60,648 bases of DNA from an uncultured Pseudomonadales bacterium (GCA_964348455.1 CAYGCQ010000005.1:1-60648); one strand, 5' to 3'; shown: positions 45,232 to 54,847, counted from the first letter of the stretch. The notes: generated from the sequence alone by a model not told the origin. Numbers and translations: made by a program.

Positions 45232-45939
45232 ATGCACTACAAGAGAGTCCTATTAAAATTAACAGGTGAACTTTTTGGCTCCAAGGGTAAAACCGGCATA
45301 GATTTCATAAGAGTCCAGCGAGTCGCCAACTACTTAAAACACCTACAAAAGAGCCACGAGGTAGAACTGGCCATAGTAATTGGAGGAGGTAACCTATTTC
45401 GAGGTCGCAATGTGAACGATACAAGCTTTGAACGCGCCCAAGCAGACAGTATCGGCATGTTGGCTACCATCATGAACGGTTTGGCTCTCCAAGGAGAACT
45501 GACATCTCTAGGTATAGAATCTCGAGTACTATCAGCTCTCCATGTAAATCAAGCCTGTGAGCCATATATCAGACGTAAGGCCATGGCCCACCTAGATAGA
45601 GGTATCATCACGATATTGGTTGGAGGTTCAGGACGGCCTTTCTTCTCCACAGACACCATCGCTGCTCTTCTGGCAGCCGAACTGAACTGCGACATTTTAC
45701 TAAAAGGCAGTACTGTCGACGGAGTTTACACCTCGGACCCTCACAAAGATCCTTTAGCTGTCAAGTATCGAGAGCTAGGCTATCAAGAAGCACTCGAAAA
45801 GGGCTTAATGGTAATGGACAGAACAGCTTTTGCTGTCTGCCAAGAGCAAAAAATCCCGATTATTGTCTTCAAAGTTGATGAGCTCGAGAACATCGACCGA
45901 ATTCTCCGAGGGGAAGCTGTTGGAACTCTGATTAAATAA
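45232..45939 (+). CDS. pyrH: UMP kinase
   Basis: KRVLLKLTGE N-terminus, IVIGGGNLFRG, and an ATG preceded by GGAGG. The tracked GTG start at 45196 is rejected. Confidence 0.9.
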   Translation: MHYKRVLLKLTGELFGSKGKTGIDFIRVQRVANYLKHLQKSHEVELAIVIGGGNLFRGRNVNDTSFERAQADSIGMLATIMNGLALQGELTSLGIESRVLSALHVNQACEPYIRRKAMAHLDRGIITILVGGSGRPFFSTDTIAALLAAELNCDILLKGSTVDGVYTSDPHKDPLAVKYRELGYQEALEKGLMVMDRTAFAVCQEQKIPIIVFKVDELENIDRILRGEAVGTLIK

Positions 45940-45946
45940 GAAAAAA

Positions 45947-45969
45947 CCCCGCCACCTGGCGGGTTTTTT
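45947..45969 (+). terminator. intrinsic terminator of pyrH
   Basis: cccgcc-acct-ggcggg hairpin followed by T6. Confidence 0.8.
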
Positions 45970-45996
45970 ATTCAGTTATAAGTCCCAACTGTAAAA

Positions 45997-46165
45997 TGAC
46001 GTCCTCCCCGCACAGACTCCGCTTCGCTCCGCATTGTACGGGGTTTCCTGACTGTATTTCATTTCATGCTACCAGCATATCATCGCCTTCGGCGACGACA
46101 TGCTCTTCCCATTCATCCCCGCACAAGGTTTGAGTACAAACCCTTGTACGGGGTTTCCTGGGTAC
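45997..46165 (+). repeat. 169-nt structured repeat, family B, copy 3
   Basis: Identical to copy 2. Sits between the convergent terminators of pyrH and the 46187 gene. Confidence 0.9.
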
Positions 46166-46186
46166 AAAAAAGACCCCTATCGGGGT

Positions 46187-46540
46187 CTATGTGCTCAGAG
46201 CGAATTCCAAGGCAGATAAGAAATCTTTTAAACTAATCTCAAAAGAGAAATCTGGATTATCGCCTTCTAACGGCTCAATTACAACCAGATTTTCACTATT
46301 CTCCCCCAACTTATGACCCCAAAATCTTAGTTTACCTTCGACCACATTCCCACTTTTTCTTTCACAAATACCAATAAGCTTGACCCTCATCGATGTTGCA
46401 TCGATATTAAACCATGATTTTTCAGTAAGGTAAGGAAACTTAATCTCTAGTCCCCCTTTAGATACCGTGACGTATCCTCCCACCCAATCCACCATCCAAA
46501 CCCGATTAGGATCACCTTTACCTCTTTTTTTGGATTTCAT
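46187..46540 (-). CDS. hypothetical small protein, paralogue of 46549..46890
   Basis: Start at MKSKKRGK... Shares the layout of the upstream gene: M.SKK N-terminus and a ..V(V/I)I.P....(D/E)F.FEI.. C-terminus. Confidence 0.55.
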   Translation of the reverse strand: MKSKKRGKGDPNRVWMVDWVGGYVTVSKGGLEIKFPYLTEKSWFNIDATSMRVKLIGICERKSGNVVEGKLRFWGHKLGENSENLVVIEPLEGDNPDFSFEISLKDFLSALEFALST

Positions 46541-46548
46541 CTTTCGCC

Positions 46549-46890
46549 TTATCCAAAAAAATAGTAGAGTTCTTCCATGAGAAGTCGCCAATGGACTTCT
46601 ATTTCAAACTGGAACTCCTCTGTAACGGAAGCCGGTGTAATGACAATCAGCTTACGCCCATCTTCGAATGTCTTGCTTTGAAATTCCAGCTGTCCGATTT
46701 TCGTAATTGGAAAGTCACAACCCTTTCTTATCAGGTAGTGCAACTCCATGATACTTACCAGATAAACCATCTTTCGGCTACGAGCCAAACAAATATTAAT
46801 ACCAACCATCGATACCTCGAGATGTCCTGTATTCGCTCTGACCATTGGGACTTTCCTGGTTTCATTTACAACTTTTATTTTTTTTGAAGC
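46549..46890 (-). CDS. hypothetical small protein, paralogue of 46187..46540
   Basis: ATG (MASKKIKVV..) preceded by GGAGG, 8-nt gap to the downstream paralogue. Confidence 0.55.
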   Translation of the reverse strand, partial: ASKKIKVVNETRKVPMVRANTGHLEVSMVGINICLARSRKMVYLVSIMELHYLIRKGCDFPITKIGQLEFQSKTFEDGRKLIVITPASVTEEFQFEIEVHWRLLMEELYYFFG

Positions 46891-46986
46891 CATGCGAACC
46901 TCCATATTTTGAATAAAAGTGCTTTTCACCTATTTTACAGAATTGTCCTATAAAACTCAAGTATTCAAGAAGTGTAAAATAGCCTC

Positions 46987-47640
46987 ATGCCCACACGAAC
47001 AGCACCAACCTCTCCTGTTAAAGATACTTACAACGATATCGGGGTCAACTTCGCAGCCTCCAGAGGCTATATCTGGCCGGACATGAAGCCATTCCTTGCT
47101 GAAGTCTCTGAAAACTCAACCGTTCTTGATGTGGGTTGCGGAAATGGTCGCCTCCTCCTTGGTTTGCCTAACAATGTGAAATATACCGGCATCGACTTCT
47201 CTACCATTCTGCTCGAAAAAGCAGTAGAAAAACACCCCAATGCGCATTTTTTAGAAGCCGACATTACCAAGCCGGATATTTGGAAACAGCTACCAAAATT
47301 TGATTACATATTCTGTATCGCCGTCATCCACCACTTAGACAACCGACGAGATCAACTATTTGTACTCAAACAAATTAAGTCTCATTTAAACCCTAGCGGC
47401 AAATGCCTCATTACAGCCTGGAATCTCTGGCAACCAAAACTTCGTAAACACCACATCAGTCTTCCAAGCTTGAAATTAAAATCAAAAACAAGAAACTTGA
47501 AGCATTTATACATCCCCTTTCAAGGAAAACCACGGCTTCATTTCGCCCACACCAAACCGTACCTGGAAAACCTACTAAGTGAGGCAGGGCTTAATCTGAT
47601 CGTTGACAAGTCTTCCAGAAACTACCTCATACACTCATAA
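46987..47640 (+). CDS. class I SAM-dependent methyltransferase
   Basis: Motif I VLDVGCGNGRL, motif II-like FLEADI, post-I acidic residue. Confidence 0.8.
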   Translation: MPTRTAPTSPVKDTYNDIGVNFAASRGYIWPDMKPFLAEVSENSTVLDVGCGNGRLLLGLPNNVKYTGIDFSTILLEKAVEKHPNAHFLEADITKPDIWKQLPKFDYIFCIAVIHHLDNRRDQLFVLKQIKSHLNPSGKCLITAWNLWQPKLRKHHISLPSLKLKSKTRNLKHLYIPFQGKPRLHFAHTKPYLENLLSEAGLNLIVDKSSRNYLIHS

Positions 47641-47693
47641 AACTCATAATGGTATAATTTTGGTATAATAACCCATCCTTGATAGGAGGAAAA

Positions 47694-47984
47694 ATGGCTT
47701 GGTTACAACCATGGGATAGGCCTTTAAAAATTGAAGACCACCGCCCAATACGCTGGCAAGTGATAACGGGTGAGTGGGGACCCATGTACGCAGGAGGACA
47801 ACTTTCGGCTACCGGCTTCGGGAATGTCGGTAGAAACATCGGCTACGATGTGTACCTCTCTCAAGTTGACCTAAAATACATGGATTTTGAGGCAAGGCTT
47901 TATGCCCGAACACTGCTTAAAATGATTGCCAGATATCCCAATAGAATCCGAGTTAACTACTGCAATGAAGATCTTTGGCGATAA
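47694..47984 (+). CDS. hypothetical small protein
   Basis: ATG 5 nt after AGGAGG, with tandem TATAAT-like boxes upstream. Confidence 0.55.
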   Translation: MAWLQPWDRPLKIEDHRPIRWQVITGEWGPMYAGGQLSATGFGNVGRNIGYDVYLSQVDLKYMDFEARLYARTLLKMIARYPNRIRVNYCNEDLWR

Positions 47985-48016
47985 TAAATGACACACCCCA
48001 GACCGAGGAGAATAAA

Positions 48017-48514
48017 ATGACCGAAAAACATTGGACTGATATTTGCGAACGATTTGATGGCCAAGAGGTTAGTTTTTTAGTCGCCATCGACTGGTTACTG
48101 ACAGACAGAGACCTACCAACTGAACTTTATGAAAACTACATTGAAGCATTGGTAAAACAAAATACTATTGAATCAGGACTGACTGAGGAAGAAATTAATC
48201 GTATTCTTATCAAGATTATAGAATGCGCAACTGATTCTGAGGACCTGTCAAAAATGAAATTTCTGATCGCTAACAATGTAGAAGAATTAGAAAAAGCAAT
48301 TCGATCAGGGCAGATGGTACTTGTCAGAATGAAGGATGATCATATTGTGGGTGTTAAATCATCTTCAAATCGCTTGGATCTCATTGGATTTTCGGATCTA
48401 GTTCCTGAAGGAGCAGTAATCTGCACTCAAATCTTTGATCTTTTACTTCCTCCAAAAAGTGAAGATCCGGGCACCTCTTACAACATGATCCTAATCGAAA
48501 CTGATCCAACATAA
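48017..48514 (+). CDS. hypothetical acidic protein
   Basis: ATG after GAGGAG, 165 aa, no motif recognised. Confidence 0.55.
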   Translation: MTEKHWTDICERFDGQEVSFLVAIDWLLTDRDLPTELYENYIEALVKQNTIESGLTEEEINRILIKIIECATDSEDLSKMKFLIANNVEELEKAIRSGQMVLVRMKDDHIVGVKSSSNRLDLIGFSDLVPEGAVICTQIFDLLLPPKSEDPGTSYNMILIETDPT

Positions 48515-48534
48515 GATCATCTGGGAGGTTAAGA

Positions 48535-49170
48535 ATGGGTTTCCCTGTTAGTTTTGAATATTCGTGTTATCCGCTCAAATTTCCGAGGGCATGTGTTGCA
48601 TGCGGGAGATCTGCCGAGCAAGCTCTCTTCGTCAACAAATCCTTATCAAATAACACCCAAATTTGCCCATCTTGCGAAACTGTTCAGCCAAAGGGAGGAG
48701 CCGCAATCCTATTTCCCGGCACCAGTCTGTTTGTCGGGAACGTTTCTGTCGCGCTAGTCGGAAGATGGGCTGTCGCTGCTCCCCTGAATAACCCGGATGG
48801 ATATTTCCAATTCAGTATCGGACTCGTTGATGGTCCCATAGAGGTAGTCGACTTGAGAGATGAAACCATCATAATTTACCGAAAAGTCTTCGTTGGTGAA
48901 AAGCCAACCCACTTCTTTACTGGAATTTTCAGCATGCCCGCCTTTCTGGATCTCAGAAAAGACAACAGTCGGTATTTTCTAATCCTCCACCCTACCAATA
49001 CCAATCAAGTCATTGACCACTCACTTTGGCTGGGAGTACGGTGGCCGGACAGTCCCTTTGACTGGCCATCTTCCGATTTCGTCCACAAACATATTCATCG
49101 TGGTATTAAGATTAGAGACGATGGTGGACGTCTGCAACCGGTATCGCTGGGATTCGCACTATTTAAATAA
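48535..49170 (+). CDS. hypothetical protein with an N-terminal zinc ribbon
   Basis: GGGAGG RBS, CVACG..CPSC pair, terminator at 49174-49203. Confidence 0.6.
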   Translation: MGFPVSFEYSCYPLKFPRACVACGRSAEQALFVNKSLSNNTQICPSCETVQPKGGAAILFPGTSLFVGNVSVALVGRWAVAAPLNNPDGYFQFSIGLVDGPIEVVDLRDETIIIYRKVFVGEKPTHFFTGIFSMPAFLDLRKDNSRYFLILHPTNTNQVIDHSLWLGVRWPDSPFDWPSSDFVHKHIHRGIKIRDDGGRLQPVSLGFALFK

Positions 49171-49254
49171 CGAAAAAAGACCTCGCATGAGGTCTTTATT
49201 TTTTACCATAAACAAGTTGACACCACTATACTTATTTGCAATACTAAATTCACC

Positions 49255-50403
49255 ATGCCAAACGACGACCTCGGTCAATTTCCCACTCCTACCGCAAACT
49301 CCTCCTCATCGAATCAACCTGGCGATTCACAAAATGATTCTAAGTTGGAAGAGATAAGCCTTCCCCCTGCACCTACTGTAGATGAAGCTCCTTCTTTCGA
49401 AGAAACACCTGATGAAATCCCTTCGTTATTATCACCTGAATCTCAACCCAACATAACACCCAGTTTAGCTCCTGACTCAGGCCCAACCTTCACTACAGAC
49501 AATACTCCACCCCCAGACAACTTCGATACTCAAGCCACAGTAACACCACCCTCAATCTACCAGACTCAAGCCCCAACAGAAACACTAGCAGCCGAAGTAC
49601 CTGCATATATAGCTCCTAAAGGCGGATCAGCTTTCGGATCACTCATCACTATTGTTCTATTGCTAATTGCCGGAATTGCCATAGCCGGAGTTGTTTTTCT
49701 CATGTCTCAATCCAGTCAACTCAAGCAACAGTTGGCCGAAATAACCCAGACACTAAACAACCAAAACACTACCGTTACTCCAACCCCCACATCGTCAATC
49801 ATAGAATTCACAACTCCAACCCCTACGCCGGAAGCGACAGACAGTGCTCTCCCTACCTTGGTGATAAGCCCATCAGTTTCCATTACACCGGGGCTTTCAG
49901 TCACTCCTTCGACCAACTCGATCCTACCTCTTGCAGATGCTTCAAAAGCTCTCAAGGTAGCCATCAATCATCTTCCAAACGCTCAATTAATTCTAATAAA
50001 AACTGAAAATGCTTCAAACCCAACAAGTGGGTCGACGAAATATTTCTTCCGTCAAGACCTGACAACCAAAAAATATTTTTACGTCCTAATTTCTGGTCAG
50101 AATGATCCGGAAGTTGTTGATAACGCAATTTATGTTTCTCCAGACAACAACATTCCTTCGCTAAATGACATGGTCTTAGGAAGTACACTTGGCATGGATC
50201 TTGACCAAGCAATTGCGACAGGAAACAATCTCTGCACCAGCGGTCTCTGTGAGAAAGCCACAATCAAAGCTCAATACATAAAATCAGGACAAGTAAGTAT
50301 TTGGCAACTCGCCTACGATCCTGAAGGTGAATCTGCTGAGACACTCATAATACAGATAAATGCGGTGACTAAAGAAGTCATTTACAAATCCGCAGGATTC
50401 TAA
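49255..50403 (+). CDS. hypothetical Pro/Thr/Ser-rich membrane-anchored protein
   Basis: Low-complexity N-terminal region, one TM helix (LITIVLLLIAGIAIAGVVFLM), globular C-terminal domain. Confidence 0.6.
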   Translation: MPNDDLGQFPTPTANSSSSNQPGDSQNDSKLEEISLPPAPTVDEAPSFEETPDEIPSLLSPESQPNITPSLAPDSGPTFTTDNTPPPDNFDTQATVTPPSIYQTQAPTETLAAEVPAYIAPKGGSAFGSLITIVLLLIAGIAIAGVVFLMSQSSQLKQQLAEITQTLNNQNTTVTPTPTSSIIEFTTPTPTPEATDSALPTLVISPSVSITPGLSVTPSTNSILPLADASKALKVAINHLPNAQLILIKTENASNPTSGSTKYFFRQDLTTKKYFYVLISGQNDPEVVDNAIYVSPDNNIPSLNDMVLGSTLGMDLDQAIATGNNLCTSGLCEKATIKAQYIKSGQVSIWQLAYDPEGESAETLIIQINAVTKEVIYKSAGF

Positions 50404-50464
50404 GACATTAGACACAGTGAGGCACAGTAATTCGTCGATCTAAGTCGAATATAAAGTGTGACTC

Positions 50465-50749
50465 TCAGTTTACTTCGTCAACATACAGTGTTGTTCCGCT
50501 GAACTCTCCAACTACTGTAACCTCAGTACCGACATACTTACTCAGGTCTACCTTGCGGCTCGTAATCTCGATAAGTCTTCCGTTTGATGTAATTGAGTAC
50601 TTGTCACCGGCACCAGTAACACTACCAGTAAATGACTGTGTGGGACTTTCTGTCGTCATATCTGCAGGTTGGGCCACTAGATTGCATCCTCCCAAAAAAA
50701 TACTGCTAACTAATATTCCTCCTATCGCAAGACCTTGTATTCTTTTCAT
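50465..50749 (-). CDS. small lipoprotein
   Basis: MKRIQGLAIGGILVSSIFLGGC signal peptide with lipobox. The tracked longer start is rejected. Confidence 0.6.
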   Translation of the reverse strand: MKRIQGLAIGGILVSSIFLGGCNLVAQPADMTTESPTQSFTGSVTGAGDKYSITSNGRLIEITSRKVDLSKYVGTEVTVVGEFSGTTLYVDEVN

Positions 50750-50810
50750 ATATTTATCATAGCAAAGACCACTCTTTATTGGTAAAATATACAAGTTCGT
50801 GGAGGTTCAT

Positions 50811-50883
50811 GCCGTCATAGCTCAGCTGGCAGAGCGCGTTCTTGGTAAGAACGAGGTGTTGGGTTCGACTCCCAATGACGGCT
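50811..50883 (+). tRNA. tRNA-Thr (anticodon GGU), CCA not encoded
   Basis: Acceptor GCCGTCA/TGACGGC, anticodon stem CGTTC/GAACG with loop TTGGTAA, T arm TTGGG-TTCGACT-CCCAA. Confidence 0.9.
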
Positions 50884-51027
50884 CATTAGGCAGTCCAGTT
50901 CCCTTGTGGAACGGGACCGACTAATCAGTAACATTGAGGTCGAATGCCACAGGCGCGACTGGCGCCGAGGCGCGGTCAGAGGCAACTCAGCAGAGTTGAC
51001 CGAAGACCGACCCCCAATGACGGCTCA
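50884..51027 (+). other. G+C-rich structured insert ending in a second copy of the tRNA-Thr 3' end
   Basis: 19-nt direct repeat gac(t/c)cccaatgacggctca at 50867-50885 and 51009-51027. The intervening 123 nt contains hairpins gttcc-cttgt-ggaac, ggcgc-gactg-gcgcc and caactc-agca-gagttg. Confidence 0.6.
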
Positions 51028-51047
51028 CTGATACAATTAATCAAAAT

Positions 51048-51130
51048 GCCGAGGTGGTAGAGTGGTCAAATACTCGGGTCTGTAAAACCCGCGGCGCAAG
51101 CCTACACAGGTTCGAACCCTGTCCTCGGCA
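51048..51130 (+). tRNA. tRNA-Tyr (anticodon GUA) with long variable arm, CCA not encoded
   Basis: Acceptor GCCGAGG/CCTCGGC, anticodon stem CGGGT/ACCCG with loop CTGTAAA, long variable arm, T arm ACAGG-TTCGAAC-CCTGT. Confidence 0.9.
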
Positions 51131-51138
51131 CTAAATAA

Positions 51139-51170
51139 ATATCCTCCCCTTGCGGGAGGATATTTTATTT
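51139..51170 (+). terminator. intrinsic terminator after the tRNA-Thr/tRNA-Tyr pair
   Basis: atatcctccc-cttgc-gggaggatat hairpin followed by TTTATTTT. Confidence 0.75.
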
Positions 51171-51308
51171 TGAAATTAGACAGGGTTCGAACTGCCGGAG
51201 CCAAACCCGTAACGATATCAAACAAACTTATGCCTATCGTCTAAATCAGATACAGCCTTACAGAGTTATAATACAAAATACACCTTAAAATAATGAAAGT
51301 GAGGAATC

Positions 51309-51563
51309 ATGTTTCTCCCCAACACAATCTTGATAATTTTGGGTATCTCCGGACTAATCAATCACCAATACTCAAAAAAGTCAGGTAGGCCGATTTTTTC
51401 AGAATTTTATACGATCATGTCAGCATCACATCTTGGCAGCGCACTTCTATACTTTTATGTTGCCAGCGGAATCGCCACTTCCGCAGTTCCCCTTTTTGCG
51501 GCGCTATGGTGTCTTTTAGCAAGTTGGGGATTTGCCGAGATTGAAAAAAAATCTAAGTTTTAG
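51309..51563 (+). CDS. hypothetical small membrane protein
   Basis: 84 aa with 3 TM helices and a GAGGAA RBS. Confidence 0.55.
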   Translation: MFLPNTILIILGISGLINHQYSKKSGRPIFSEFYTIMSASHLGSALLYFYVASGIATSAVPLFAALWCLLASWGFAEIEKKSKF

Positions 51564-51660
51564 GAGGTGATCCATAGAACCTTGTCTAGCCGCCTCAAGA
51601 ACATTTGATTACCCCGCCTAGTGCGGGGTTTTTTACTGACTTATGGGGTAAAATATAACT

Positions 51661-53568
51661 ATGGAAACCGGTGCCCCAAGATTTACAGAACCACCTACGG
51701 AGTGGCTAAAAAACCCAGAACGCATTCATCCACTTGACGAACTAGATCCCAACAGCCCCCTTTTTGCTGAAATCAGAGTTCAACTCCACAAAGAGACACT
51801 GGAACGAGTTAAACAAAGACTTGGAACAGAAGATATATCTCTAGAACTGAAGTTCTTCCCCAACGACGTTTTGGCTAACGAGGTATTTGTCCGCAGAACT
51901 AAAGAAAAAAATGGAGACACTTATAGTGTAGTTGGTGGCATAGGACTAACAGAATCTGACATTCCCGGTATTGATCACACTCCAAATACAATCTACGCAC
52001 ACCCAAAAAATCTGGAAAGACTCGTAGAAGCAAAACCTGAAGAAAGACAAAAAATTTTCCGAGACGAAATCATCGCCGGTGCCGAATATGTCGTAATTAT
52101 CGGGCATGGATGGGGTGGAAAAGGAAAAAATTTTGAACGCTATGCCATGGAAATTCTAAATGGAAAGATTGAAGGAGTTGAAGCGCTTGACAAGCATGGA
52201 AACAAGATTACTCTAACCAAAGATGATCTATCAAAAACCATAGTCATCAATCTAGATGTCATGGGAAGCAATAACAGCATGGACACTGATAACGCTCATC
52301 TCTACACCGAGGACAAGATTATCTCTCAGTGGTGGGAAGCAGTAGATAGAATAGGATTTCAGGTTGAGAATATTAAAACTGACAGTCTTCTAAAGCATTC
52401 CAAAGAATGGGGAGACATGCAGCATCAAGATCTTAAAGATCTTCACACCGCCCTCAAAGTAAATCGCTATCTGCCAAAATCTGAAGAGCACAAACTACTT
52501 AATCTTCTTCAATATATTCAACTTGCCCAGTCTCTTGAAAATGGAACCTGGTGGCAAGAAAGCATAGCTATACTAATGGGTCATTCCATGGGGGGCAACA
52601 AAACTCTAGACTCAGCTGTATCCGACAATCTAATTGACTCACCGAAGGTGGTGGAGTATCGGAAAAAATGGCGTGAACAAGCTGAAAAAAAAGTACTAGA
52701 CTGGAGTAACGGAATCAAACTCATGAGATATGCTTATGCATCTCAAATCAACAATCAAAGCATCAAAGATTTTTATATCGAACTCGTAAACCTTGTCAAG
52801 TCACAAAAAAAACAAAATCGTTTTGTATCCGACTCAACCCTAGACAACACACCATACTGCATGAACGTCTCATTGACTCCCGCAATCGTTGGAGACAAGA
52901 ATAACACCCAACGAATAAAAGAAGGTTATTCGTGGTTATTTGGAGGTTTGCAAAAAGGCCAGGAAACAGTAAAGCAAGCCATCAGATCCGTAAAACTTCA
53001 CACTGAGGGTAGCCTGGTTAGCAAATTACTGATTAAAGCCCCAAACGCTCTAGAAAGGCTCAAGCAAAAGAAACTAAGAAAAATTGTGATTCAGATCGCT
53101 GAACTCACACCTTTAGTTAGGAACAAACTCGTGAACCACATAGGCAAAGATGCTCTTTGGGGAGATGAAATAGTTGCGGGAACTGCAGACGAAGTAAGAA
53201 CCAATGGTATAGCGATGAGTCAAGACTCCTTAAACCTAGAGCGTATGACTCCCCCATTTCAGTCGATTGAATCTGTCAGTCCGGAAGAGTGGGAAAAATT
53301 TTATAAAAACGTGGCAATATACATCTCTGGGGAAGATAAAACAGTTGGAGCCAACATCATTCGACAACTTGCAAAAAAATGGGGACTCCTTGACTCTCGA
53401 AAAGCTTATCAAGGAGGCATCGTCAAAGAGTCTCCGGCAAGCAATCATCACTTTAACCAACAAGGTGTAAACATGCTTATGCCGGACTTGAGAGGTTTTA
53501 TTTCTAGGAATAAGATGTTGAGATATCAGCAAATCTACGATGCATTCCTAATTGCAAAGCACGGCTAA
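51661..53568 (+). CDS. large hypothetical protein with an alpha/beta-hydrolase-type nucleophile elbow
   Basis: 635-aa ORF. GHSMGG (GxSxG) about 300 aa in, preceded by IIGHGWGG. Confidence 0.6.
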   Translation: METGAPRFTEPPTEWLKNPERIHPLDELDPNSPLFAEIRVQLHKETLERVKQRLGTEDISLELKFFPNDVLANEVFVRRTKEKNGDTYSVVGGIGLTESDIPGIDHTPNTIYAHPKNLERLVEAKPEERQKIFRDEIIAGAEYVVIIGHGWGGKGKNFERYAMEILNGKIEGVEALDKHGNKITLTKDDLSKTIVINLDVMGSNNSMDTDNAHLYTEDKIISQWWEAVDRIGFQVENIKTDSLLKHSKEWGDMQHQDLKDLHTALKVNRYLPKSEEHKLLNLLQYIQLAQSLENGTWWQESIAILMGHSMGGNKTLDSAVSDNLIDSPKVVEYRKKWREQAEKKVLDWSNGIKLMRYAYASQINNQSIKDFYIELVNLVKSQKKQNRFVSDSTLDNTPYCMNVSLTPAIVGDKNNTQRIKEGYSWLFGGLQKGQETVKQAIRSVKLHTEGSLVSKLLIKAPNALERLKQKKLRKIVIQIAELTPLVRNKLVNHIGKDALWGDEIVAGTADEVRTNGIAMSQDSLNLERMTPPFQSIESVSPEEWEKFYKNVAIYISGEDKTVGANIIRQLAKKWGLLDSRKAYQGGIVKESPASNHHFNQQGVNMLMPDLRGFISRNKMLRYQQIYDAFLIAKHG

Positions 53569-53637
53569 ACACCAGACTGTCGTATACTTACGGCTATAAT
53601 AATAGAAACGCATCTTAAAAATTAGAAGGAGGACCTC

Positions 53638-54081
53638 GTGGCTAAGCAAGTCTCATTTAAATACCAAGCAGGTCACTGTCTAGAATGTGACATTGTCATC
53701 GACAATAATCAAATCTTCTGCTCTAAACACCGTCAACCAAAACCAATTAACACACCTCGCACAGCCAATAAAAATAAGCCTGGGAAAAAAATCCGACAAG
53801 TTGCCGAGAAAATAACCAAAATTACCGAAATGGACGAAGGTCAAGTTGGTTTTGTTGAAGAATACGCCTTATTCGAGGACAAAGGGTTGCTATTTATCTT
53901 GGGCTCAGTATCCATTAGTAATCGAAGAGACAGATATAAAACTGTTAAGATCCGTTTTTGGAAAAAATACTACGAAATAGATAGAAACACAATAGATCTA
54001 ATGGATATCTTCATTGGGGTACCTGACATGGAAGGAAAATTTACCTTCTTTAATGCCAAACTCGTTCAAGACTTTCATTAA
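53638..54081 (+). CDS. hypothetical protein with an N-terminal Cys/His pair motif
   Basis: GTG start after GGAGGA, CLEC..CSKH motif, terminator at 54088-54118. Confidence 0.55.
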   Translation: MAKQVSFKYQAGHCLECDIVIDNNQIFCSKHRQPKPINTPRTANKNKPGKKIRQVAEKITKITEMDEGQVGFVEEYALFEDKGLLFILGSVSISNRRDRYKTVKIRFWKKYYEIDRNTIDLMDIFIGVPDMEGKFTFFNAKLVQDFH

Positions 54082-54138
54082 ACCCATTTTCCCCGAGAAT
54101 CCGCTCGGGGATTTTTTTGTACACCCGGTTAGACAAAA

Positions 54139-54547
54139 TTAAATATTCTTCAGATATATATTTTTTCTCCAAATTCTCCCATTACCATAATTTAAATTTT
54201 TATAGTTCGAACTAAGTGAATGACAATTCGGACAAATAACTCGAAGATTTTCTTCGCAATTATCCTCAGAATCACCGTTTAAATGATCAATTTCGAGAGG
54301 GACCCTTCCAGTTACAATGTTTACCTGGTTCCATCCACACAAACTACATTTTGATCCAAATTTTTGTATTAAATAATGTTTAAGATAACCGGAAATATTT
54401 TTAGCAGATATACCTACTGAACCGCTAACTGACTCAGATTTCCATTTGTTAATGAAAGTTTTATATTCAAAATCTCTTTGGCATTGATTTGTGCAATACT
54501 TGAAAGCATACTTTTTTTATTAAGCTTCCACAATTTTTACATTCCAT
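54139..54547 (-). pseudogene. HNH endonuclease disrupted by a frameshift in an A7 run
   Basis: C-terminal ORF carries the HNH core (EIDHLNGDSEDNCEENLRVICPNCHS). The upstream frame reads MECKNCGSLIKK. from the ATG at 54547. One extra A in the run at 54512-54518 would fuse it to KYAFKYCTNQCQRDFEYKTFINKWKSES... Confidence 0.8.
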
Positions 54548-54548
54548 T

Positions 54549-54624
54549 TGGAGCCGGGAGCGGGAATCGAACCCACGACATCATGTTTACAAAACATGCG
54601 CTCTACCAACTGAGCTATCCCGGC
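54549..54624 (-). tRNA. tRNA-Thr (anticodon UGU), CCA encoded
   Basis: Reverse complement GCCGGGATAGCTCAGTTGGTAGAGCGCATGTTTTGTAAACATGATGTCGTGGGTTCGATTCCCGCTCCCGGCTCCA folds as a cloverleaf. It is the only tRNA here with a genomic CCA. Confidence 0.85.
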
Positions 54625-54847
54625 GTAAACCTATTTTACCTTACCTACACGCCTACTGTCTTACCAAATCCCTTACGCAGGCACGGAATCTACTTAGACC
54701 ACACATCCTCACAACTTGTAAAACTTATCATTTCCCTTTAGTCTGAAAGTCTTTTAGAGTGTCTGACAGGCATTAAACAAAAGTCCTCACTTGTGGAGGA
54801 TTTTCGTTTTGATTCAAAAATCCCGGGCATGAGCCCGGGAACTAATT

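Noticed and set aside
5981-46165. The 169-nt repeat as a CRISPR array, or the roughly 20-kb spacing as a meaningful periodicity
   Set aside because: The internal duplicated hairpins are only two per copy with a fixed spacer, so this is not a repeat-spacer array. Three points are too few to claim periodic spacing.
51180-51203. Possible fifth tRNA or tRNA fragment (gacagggttcgaactgccggagcc)
   Set aside because: Only a T-loop-like GGTTCGAAC is present, with no complementary T stem, acceptor or anticodon arm. I note it only as a possible remnant in the accessory-segment finding.
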